IMG/VR virus record: IMGVR_UViG_3300046501_000082
Span: 1 to 64,000 of that record
Direction: 5' to 3' (one strand)
Source of the DNA: a virus
Length of the DNA: 64,000 bases
Part shown: positions 57,124 to 64,000 of the stretch, piece by piece
Position numbering within the stretch: the first letter of the stretch is position 1
Layout of the letters: each line of letters starts with the position of its first letter
Made by a program: the position numbers and the translations under genes
The notes under the pieces: model-generated
Databases searched by the model: none
Told to the model about the DNA's origin: nothing
The model's input: the letters and a program-made list of their open reading frames with translations, nothing else

Positions 57124-57199
57124 GATAGAAAAGCCCTATCAATCCAAGCTAAGTGATTAGAAATGATTGCTTTACTGGGATTTTCTTTTGCCCTACAAT
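57124..57199 (+). promoter_or_regulatory. sigma70 promoter with upstream GATAG-N7-CTATC palindrome
   Basis: TTTACT-17-TACAAT at 57171-57199. Confidence 0.65.
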
Positions 57200-57247
57200 C
57201 AATACACAGAAACGAAATACACATTGGAATGTTGGAGAGAAGATGTT

Positions 57248-57391
57248 ATGAACTATAACTACATTGTCATTGATAAAGACAATTCTTGTCAGGTGGGTGG
57301 TGACTTCAGTAGCCAGCAGTCTGCTCAAAAGTTTGCAGATAGACTAAACAAACAAACCAGCACTCTAGTCTATGTGGTAGAGAAGAAATGA
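57248..57391 (+). CDS. early microprotein
   Basis: MNYNYIVIDK... Confidence 0.6.
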   Translation: MNYNYIVIDKDNSCQVGGDFSSQQSAQKFADRLNKQTSTLVYVVEKK

Positions 57392-59547
57392 AGAATAATT
57401 ATTGCTCAAACATCCTCTCACAGCTAACATCCGCTGGTTTCTCCATTCACAAATGCCAACAAGACTCTGTATGGCAGATAAAGGATGAGAAGGATGTCGT
57501 AATGCAGAACCGTGCATTGGGATGTCTTATGAAAAAGGCTGCACAAGAATTTAAATTGGATTGGAGTGATGTATGAGTAAAATAAATACAACTAAAGTTT
57601 ATGTTATCCGAGATAGTGTTTCTGGAGAGCTGCTGAGGTTCAGTTCTAAGTGTGGTTGGTGCTCACCTATGGCTGCAAAGAATGCTTTCAACCTTGCCAT
57701 GTATTCTTATTACGACCTAGACTATTTTGGGGATCGTAAAGGATTGTTTGATAAACAAGATCAATTTACAATTGAAGAAATAACCTGAGAAAACTGGAGC
57801 TAATCAAATGACAGTTAAAAAGAAAGTGGCAACAGTAACAAAACGCTCTTCCATAGAAGACAAACTAAACGCCTTACGTTTCCAATCCCTATTAGCAGCC
57901 TGTCAAACCCCTTACGGACAGCTCTCTAATGAATGGCTTAAAGTGTTTGAGCTTATGGATATACCAGAGAAGGCTGGGAAGGAGTTGTGTGGAATGGTGG
58001 ATAAAGCTATGAGTAGTGATGCGGAGAAATTGAAATGTTAGCTAGAACTGAATCATTTTGGTTTGAGGGCTTGAAGTACGCAGAAGATGATGTGCAGATT
58101 GCTAATTCTTATGGGGACACTGCACACGAAAGTTATTTTAAACCTCCTGTCTATGGTTTGGTTTCAGAGGCAAGCCAAGTAGAGTTTGAAAATGGTTATT
58201 TTGATGGTATTCAACACTACAAAAGATTAGGTTTAATCCTATGAAAACTGACACAAACAGTGTAGCCCTAGTCGAGCTATCAATTCTACGCAATCGTGTT
58301 TCTGAGGCCCTTTCTGCCTATTACAAAGCACCTCTTGGCAGCCCTTACGAGGTATACGAGATGCTGAAGAATTGTCGTAGCGAATACAAAGATGCTTGCT
58401 GTCAATTTGTTGAGAAATTGATAGACACAGAGCGTAAAGAATGTGAGAATGTGTCTGCTGAAATGAAAATTCTATTGGAGAAGATCACATGAATAATTGG
58501 TTCAGTGTTGGAGAAGAGGTATTACTTGAAAGTAAGGGACTGCCTGAATACAATGGAAGTTATTTTATCCATGCTATTGTTGCACCCGACGAAGATTTTA
58601 TTTGCAGATTGACAGGGAAAGTTTTATGGACAGATGAGGGTGTGTCCTATCTTCTTCATAAACCACTGTTTGATAGTATTGATGGAGAGGGAGAAGCATT
58701 CTTTGCAGAGGGTTCAATTCGCAAGAAGCACAAAGGCTGTGGTGAAGACTGGAACATTATGATGAAGGGTTTGAACACTAAAATTGTTGAGGTGGTGTAG
58801 ATGCTCAATCTAGTTGCTGTTATTATTTGTGCAGTGTGCTGCGGCAATCAGTTGACTAATAAAAACTACTGGCTTGCCGGTATGAACTTTGCATTTGTAC
58901 TAGTCAACTGCGTATTTGTTTATGCGGCTATGGGAGGAGCATCTTAATGGAATATCTCCTACGTGTTCAGAAAGCTATTGCAGCTACAGAGAAAGCATTC
59001 GCCCCGCAAGATGAATATGCAGAAGGGTGGGTTGAATGTGGCGGAGATTTGACATACGGAATTAGTCTAGGGTCTGGTCATGCTGTGATGCAGCAGATTA
59101 AGTATTGGATTGATCCTGTCATTGATGCAGGTAATAATCTGATTCCTGATGACGCTGGTGATAAAGCTTATTGGGATAGAATGCAAGAGATTCATAAATT
59201 TATTGAGGAGTAAATTCATGGTTAAAACATATCACGTTACAGAGAGTGGTTTGGTTGAGGGGCCAGCACTTGGACGGATTAGTGTTGTTCTGTTGGCTGA
59301 CTATGAAAAGGTTTGTGAAGAAGCTAGGCTTTTGTTGGATGAGCAAGCAGAAGAGCTATACCAACGCCGTTTTCATGTTGCAGAGCTTGAGGCTATACTG
59401 CGAGATGAAGCTACGCGTATTCGGCTAACCAGCCTTCCGTTGAAACTTGAGTTTGCAAAAGCACGAGGGTTCAATTCTTTGGAGGCTGTTCACGAATGGA
59501 TGTCTGATGTGAGCAAGCGTATGATAGCCGTTACTCAGACAACCTAA
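57388..59547 (+). other. run of translationally coupled early hypothetical genes (57388, 57573, 57808, 58035, 58241, 58489, 58801, 58947, 59218)
   Basis: Contiguous + strand ORFs with RBS and ATGA overlaps; no recognisable domains. Confidence 0.7.
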
Positions 59548-59556
59548 AATAATTCC

Positions 59557-59583
59557 TAAAGCTTCGCCAACATCAGCCGATAC
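59557..59583 (+). promoter_or_regulatory. sigma28 (FliA)-type promoter
   Basis: TAAAGCTT-N11-GCCGATAC versus consensus TAAAGTTT-N11-GCCGATAA; intergenic, with UP-like AAAATAATT. Confidence 0.7.
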
Positions 59584-59630
59584 GCTGAATAGAACACAAC
59601 CAAACACCGAGACTGCCCGGAGGGTAACAC

Positions 59631-59846
59631 ATGAAATATCGAATCACATCCTTAGCCACAGGCAAGAAATACAAGTGTTCAAAGGATGAGCAGCTTCATT
59701 TGATGGCTGATGGCCGTCTCCTAAGCTTTTACAAAGGAGAATTTGATTGTGAATTCACACTATTAGGTGGTTATGTGATTGAGTTTAGCTTCTCTAAGGA
59801 CAGCCGTGGCAAGAATATCTGGTCAGAATGCGTTATGTATCAATGA
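59631..59846 (+). CDS. hypothetical protein downstream of sigma28-type promoter
   Basis: RBS GGAGG. Confidence 0.7.
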   Translation: MKYRITSLATGKKYKCSKDEQLHLMADGRLLSFYKGEFDCEFTLLGGYVIEFSFSKDSRGKNIWSECVMYQ

Positions 59847-59892
59847 CTTGCAGATAATTTCAAAATAAACGAAAGAACTAGTAACAAAGGTG

Positions 59893-59921
59893 TTGACACA
59901 CAGTCCGCACCTCTTTAGTAT
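59893..59921 (+). promoter_or_regulatory. sigma70 promoter
   Basis: TTGACA-17-TAGTAT. Confidence 0.8.
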
Positions 59922-60020
59922 TGGCTTCAAGAGAGAACGAAGTAGAAGTGGAGTAGGCAGTGTTCTCTAAGGTAGTAGCACAATGGTGTGCATCTTACTT
60001 AAATTCTTGGAGATACGAAC

Positions 60021-60230
60021 ATGGCTGGCACTAAAAATAACGTTGTAAAAGGTCACTTTTCTACCGTCACAGGTAGCGACACTCGTAGAATGTTCACAGA
60101 AGATGGCACGTTCCTTGGCCTGATTGTCAAGTGTCGTGAAGGTTATCGTGTGTCTCGGTTTCAAGATGGCAAGACACGTATCAAGAAAACCCTGCGTGAA
60201 GCCTACTCCTCAATCGCTCGCCAGAACTGA
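60021..60230 (+). CDS. basic early microprotein
   Basis: RBS GGAG. Confidence 0.7.
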   Translation: MAGTKNNVVKGHFSTVTGSDTRRMFTEDGTFLGLIVKCREGYRVSRFQDGKTRIKKTLREAYSSIARQN

Positions 60231-60235
60231 GAGGT

Positions 60236-60673
60236 TTGATTATGACTAACTCAATCAAGCTTCCTAAAGTCTTCTATGTCAGCCGTGATGGTCGAGACTA
60301 CTTCTTTAAAGACATCCTCCCTGATTGGGTGGTTGGTGATGAGAATTACAAAGTGGTTGAGCTAGCGCCTAAGCCTGTTGAGATTAAACTCGAGGAGTTT
60401 GTAGGGCCTGTGCAGCCAACCATACAGATACCCTCACAAATCCCATCAATGAATGTTGATGAAGTGAAAGATCAACTCAAGCTAATGAATGACCTTTTCG
60501 AGCTTGAGGAGAAAGAGATAAAGCTTCTCAAAGAACAGCTAACAGAATTCGTTGAAGCTGTCGAGGCTATACATGAGTTTAGTAGTAAGAAAACTGAGAA
60601 TTTGATGGAAGCTAAGGGATTACTTCTGCTGATAGCTGAGACGTGTGGGAATTTGTTGAAAGCTAGAGTGTGA
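60236..60673 (+). CDS. hypothetical protein with coiled-coil C-terminus
   Basis: RBS GAGG; followed by terminator. Confidence 0.7.
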   Translation: MIMTNSIKLPKVFYVSRDGRDYFFKDILPDWVVGDENYKVVELAPKPVEIKLEEFVGPVQPTIQIPSQIPSMNVDEVKDQLKLMNDLFELEEKEIKLLKEQLTEFVEAVEAIHEFSSKKTENLMEAKGLLLLIAETCGNLLKARV

Positions 60674-60678
60674 TATAC

Positions 60679-60704
60679 AGCCCCGCAATGCGGGGCTTAG
60701 TTTT
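60679..60704 (+). terminator. rho-independent terminator
   Basis: AGCCCCGC-AAT-GCGGGGCT-TAGTTTT. Confidence 0.8.
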
Positions 60705-60728
60705 GTGTAAAATAATTGAAGAAATATG

Positions 60729-60757
60729 TTGACTACCTTCTCAGACGAGCATAGAAT
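60729..60757 (+). promoter_or_regulatory. sigma70 promoter
   Basis: TTGACT-17-TAGAAT. Confidence 0.82.
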
Positions 60758-60805
60758 CTAACACATAGGAAGCAGAAAGCTTCTACAGAATCTGGAGAGA
60801 TTGAA

Positions 60806-60994
60806 ATGACTGAACAACTGACAGCAAACGAAAAAGCATACGACCTTGGCTATAATGACTACATTCAAGGTAATCTTAAGATTGACTATTCAGATTGGTG
60901 TACAGAAGGCCGGGAAGGCAGTCACTCAGCATACAAAGCCGGTTATGAAGACGCTGAAAATGATGTGCCAGATAGCCACTTAGAAACTGAATAA
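60806..60994 (+). CDS. early acidic microprotein (AY..GY.D repeats)
   Basis: RBS GGAG. Confidence 0.65.
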   Translation: MTEQLTANEKAYDLGYNDYIQGNLKIDYSDWCTEGREGSHSAYKAGYEDAENDVPDSHLETE

Positions 60995-61001
60995 CCTTAC
61001 A

Positions 61002-61038
61002 GAATTCTCTTGACTCCCTGAGAGAATTCCAATAAGAT
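61002..61038 (+). promoter_or_regulatory. sigma70 promoter within 9-bp inverted repeat
   Basis: TTGACT-17-TAAGAT; GAATTCTCT/AGAGAATTC. Confidence 0.72.
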
Positions 61039-61093
61039 TGTTTTAAGACAAAGCGGCAGCTTACTCCAAACAGAACACACAAGGAATACAGAC

Positions 61094-61252
61094 ATGAACA
61101 AGGCAATCGGATACGACGTAATAGACAAGCAAACTGGTAAAGTGATCAAGTCTTACGGTGAAGGTAAGCGCGCATTGGCTAGCCGATTTGCTGACAAGAA
61201 AGACCTTGCACACGGTGCTATTCGTTACCTTGTGAAACCTATTTGGAGTTGA
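61094..61252 (+). CDS. early microprotein (not in ORF track)
   Basis: RBS AAGGA; MNKAIGYDVIDK...PIWS*. Confidence 0.7.
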   Translation: MNKAIGYDVIDKQTGKVIKSYGEGKRALASRFADKKDLAHGAIRYLVKPIWS

Positions 61253-61253
61253 T

Positions 61254-61397
61254 ATGGAAATCAAGCGAAGTGAGCGTGGAGTCTACCTAATTTACTCTAT
61301 AAAAGGTATTAGTAAACGTACACCTAGCTTCAGATTTCTTAAAGAGGCTCTGGTTTGGTGTAAAGACAATAATATTGAACTTTGGAGAAGATTATGA
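61254..61397 (+). CDS. early microprotein (not in ORF track)
   Basis: RBS GGAG; MEIKRSERG...WRRL*. Confidence 0.6.
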   Translation: MEIKRSERGVYLIYSIKGISKRTPSFRFLKEALVWCKDNNIELWRRL

Positions 61398-61600
61398 CTT
61401 ACGGAAAATGGATTAGTGCTTGGCATTCATATCGCTGCTCAAATGAACGATTTGGTCAAGCATTTTGCAATGACTTTATCAGAGAGTCATGGCCTGAACT
61501 TTACTATGAAGAGGATGTAGACGTAGCTGACGCTCTTATTCAAGAGTGGTTACTTCGACACCACTATAATGCCGATATGGTGCCGGAGAAGATCTCATGA
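61394..61600 (+). CDS. hypothetical protein (R.GQAF.N motif)
   Basis: ATGA coupling. Confidence 0.65.
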   Translation: MTYGKWISAWHSYRCSNERFGQAFCNDFIRESWPELYYEEDVDVADALIQEWLLRHHYNADMVPEKIS

Positions 61601-61803
61601 GCAGCCAATTAATGTGCAAGTGTCCCACATGTAAAAAGAATACAATCGGCATCAAGACAGGTATGTCGGCTATGGGCTGGTTTGCTCATTTGGTGATGGT
61701 GTTCTTGACCGGGTTTTTATGGTTAGTGGTGCTGGTGCCGTGTGCTTTGTTTATTAGCACTGTGAGGTGTAGTGTCTGTGGGCATGTGGCTAATCGCTTG
61801 TAG
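61597..61803 (+). CDS. LITAF-like Zn-ribbon membrane protein
   Basis: CPTC - hydrophobic hairpin - CSVCG. Confidence 0.6.
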   Translation: MSSQLMCKCPTCKKNTIGIKTGMSAMGWFAHLVMVFLTGFLWLVVLVPCALFISTVRCSVCGHVANRL

Positions 61804-61860
61804 TAGTTAAGATGTAAAACCCTTGGCAATAATGCCTAACATAAAATTGGAGTAGAGACA

Positions 61861-62148
61861 ATGGAAGACAAGATTGGTATTATTTATAGTCCGGGATTCG
61901 GGGCTGGTTGGTCTACATGGGGAGAACCTGAGCAAGCGTTAGATCAAGAACTTGCACACGCAATTGAGAACCTACCCCGAGAAGAGTGGATTAAAATTGC
62001 TGAAAAGAACTGGCCTGATGCCTACAAAGGGGGTCTATCAGATCGTGAAGTTGAATGGGTTGAAAAGGGCACAGCTTTCAGTATTAGTGATTATGACGGG
62101 AGTGAATCAATTGAGTTTGGTAGTCGTAAGACTTGGAGCTACACATAA
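61861..62148 (+). CDS. hypothetical phage protein (YSPGFGAGWSTW...YDGSE)
   Basis: RBS GGAG. Confidence 0.75.
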   Translation: MEDKIGIIYSPGFGAGWSTWGEPEQALDQELAHAIENLPREEWIKIAEKNWPDAYKGGLSDREVEWVEKGTAFSISDYDGSESIEFGSRKTWSYT

Positions 62149-62164
62149 ACCTAATAAATATCCT

Positions 62165-62202
62165 AAAGAGCCCTTGCGGCTCTTTTTGTTTGCCTGTAGA
62201 AT
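62165..62202 (+). terminator. terminator overlapping a promoter
   Basis: AAAGAGCC-CTTGC-GGCTCTTT-TTGTTT; TTGCGG-17-TAGAAT. Confidence 0.75.
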
Positions 62203-62241
62203 AGCTTCAACGAAACAGAAAAAGCTTTAGAGGGTACAGAC

Positions 62242-62958
62242 ATGTGGACTAGTAAGGGTAGATCAGGATACGGTGATAGCACTCTTCAAGGTGACTATGA
62301 TGACTGGCAGGGTTTGAGCCGTAACGGTAGGCAGTGGAAGTCAGAAGCAACGCACCTCCCATTTAACCTTCAAGGCGCTGACTACTGGCATCTTCGTAAG
62401 CAGATTCGTCCTACTGAAGAGATTCCAAAAGAGATGCATGCTGTTAATGACACTGTGAATCTAAATCACTGTCTGCCAAATGGTAAGGCAAATTTACTTG
62501 CCTACGCAGACAAAGCTGCACCTACCAAGAAATCTTCTCTAAGCATCGAAGATAAAATCTTACCACAGGCTGCAAGAGTACGTCGTCTGACAGAACAGCT
62601 TATAGAGCTTGAACAGGCCAAGAAAGCTGGTATGGATCTTGGTAAGTATTCAAAGCTTCGTGACATCTTGATCGTAAAGAGGAATCGCGCTGAAGTGTTG
62701 CTACAAAAAGCATTGTCAGTCAAACTTGATACAACAGACGAAGACACACAAGAATTCTCGACAGAAAGCTATGAAGACAACGTAGAAAATGATAGTGCGA
62801 GTGATGACAGCTGTGAAGACTACCCTGTGTGGCTGTTGAACACAAACCCCTCCAACTGTCTGAGAAATCCACTAATAAAAGCTTGCAAGGTGGGTAAGAT
62901 ATTGGTAAGATGGCACCAGAAAGCAAGAAACTACATTAACGAATTGAAGGCACTTTGA
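62242..62958 (+). CDS. hypothetical protein, 238 aa
   Basis: RBS GAGG; helical core and acidic linker. Confidence 0.75.
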   Translation: MWTSKGRSGYGDSTLQGDYDDWQGLSRNGRQWKSEATHLPFNLQGADYWHLRKQIRPTEEIPKEMHAVNDTVNLNHCLPNGKANLLAYADKAAPTKKSSLSIEDKILPQAARVRRLTEQLIELEQAKKAGMDLGKYSKLRDILIVKRNRAEVLLQKALSVKLDTTDEDTQEFSTESYEDNVENDSASDDSCEDYPVWLLNTNPSNCLRNPLIKACKVGKILVRWHQKARNYINELKAL

Positions 62959-62960
62959 AA

Positions 62961-63158
62961 ATGAAATACTCAGTAATGCAACTCCCATGCTCTATACAAC
63001 CTGATCACAAATTGTGGTGCATTGTCGGTGAGTCAAAGAGTTGGGGTAGTGGTGTTTTGGCATGGTGCTATGATGAAGAACATGCTGTTTATTGGTATGA
63101 GCAGATGAAGGATGATCCAGAGTTTACTAAAATTTCCTATGAAAAGTTTATTTTATGA
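62961..63158 (+). CDS. hypothetical microprotein
   Basis: In operon. Confidence 0.6.
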   Translation: MKYSVMQLPCSIQPDHKLWCIVGESKSWGSGVLAWCYDEEHAVYWYEQMKDDPEFTKISYEKFIL

Positions 63159-63168
63159 GGAATCTAAA

Positions 63169-63300
63169 ATGAATCACACAAACCACAACACATTCACAGC
63201 AGCAATAGCTACAATTGAAGAATTGTATGCAGATGGCTTTACAAGTTTCAAGCTGTACAGGCAGGATATGCAGTGGTATGTTACAGGGAGTAAAGTGTGA
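63169..63300 (+). CDS. hypothetical microprotein
   Basis: RBS GAGG; MNHTNH... Confidence 0.55.
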   Translation: MNHTNHNTFTAAIATIEELYADGFTSFKLYRQDMQWYVTGSKV

Positions 63301-63577
63301 TGAAACGAATCGGGAGTAGAAATTATGGTTTGGAAGATTACACCGTATAACGGGACTTGGATAAAATCCATGGATCCAGATGTCAGAAGGGCAGTGGATT
63401 ATTTTTTAGAAGAGACAGGGCTATCACTAGAAGACATAAAGCTAATTGAAAGATCATAAGGACTTGGCCACAAATAAATCGAAATTATTGTAAATAAGTC
63501 TTGTATGTCCGCCGAGATAAGGTAGAGTGGGTACAAGAACAGAGAAAAGCTCTCTGTCAACCAAAGAGAATATAGAT

Positions 63578-63787
63578 ATGACTACCCAACTGACCCGCGA
63601 AGAGAAAGATGCAATTCAAGCTGAAGGCTACGCAATGGCCTGCGAAGACTTGAAAAATATGTCTGTTAAGGAATGCATCGCCAAGATTGACTCCAAGTGG
63701 CCTACAAGTGAGTTCCATGGCTACACACCTTTCAATTTCAATATGATGCTTGGTTATGCTACTCGTATAAAGGAACAAACCAAATGA
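63578..63787 (+). CDS. hypothetical microprotein
   Basis: MTTQLTREE, after promoter-like gap. Confidence 0.6.
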   Translation: MTTQLTREEKDAIQAEGYAMACEDLKNMSVKECIAKIDSKWPTSEFHGYTPFNFNMMLGYATRIKEQTK

Positions 63788-64000
63788 ACACTAACACACA
63801 AGATACAGGCTTCTTCGAATCCCACACATTCCAACAATTCAGCAAGACAAAGCGTAACGCACAAGCTCAAGCTTCCTATACAGAAGGAAAAGATGTATAC
63901 AAGAAGAGTTTGCGAGAAATGAGGAATGGGAATAAGCGTAGAGAGTGGGAGGTTGAATGACAGACTTAAGTGAAAGAGGTTTTAGGTTCATGATCAGTCC

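Noticed and set aside
1-64000. tRNA genes, CRISPR arrays, integrase/repressor
   Set aside because: No cloverleaf with TTC loop, no regularly spaced repeats and no recombinase motifs recognised by eye; a tRNAscan run would be needed to be certain

Overview
64 kb of an AT-rich, apparently virulent contractile-tailed phage (myovirus) genome, probably with a gammaproteobacterial, Pseudomonas-like host (inferred from tail-fibre chaperone and promoter style; not proven). It has three transcription blocks. (i) + strand 1-28605, late genes: last exon of terminase, portal, S49 protease/scaffold, decoration protein, major capsid, neck, sheath, three tube-like paralogs, frameshifting chaperone, tape measure, baseplate, two fibre+chaperone pairs, a beta-helix depolymerase and a SAR-endolysin/holin/spanin cassette. 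(ii) - strand 28710-52505, middle genes: YadA-like autotransporter, nrdAB, thyX, nucleotide-pool enzymes, nucleases, SSB, intron-split family A DNA polymerase and T7-like primase-helicase. (iii) + strand 52700-64000, early genes: many microproteins behind sigma70 promoters plus a stand-alone PolA/T7-RNAP-fold protein. Mobile elements are two group I introns (terL 3' end; polymerase HDE motif) and six free-standing homing endonucleases. Most notable: an orphan single-subunit polymerase-like gene with an origin-like upstream region, in a genome whose primase lacks its zinc-binding domain; a near-consensus sigma28 (FliA) promoter; a self-contained trimeric autotransporter cassette; an AUU-initiated tape measure gene; RBS-occluding hairpins and a duplicated gene start at homing endonuclease insertions; and repeated placement of -35 hexamers in hairpin loops. 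No tRNA, CRISPR array, integrase or reverse transcriptase was seen. All family assignments are from motif recognition, not database searches.
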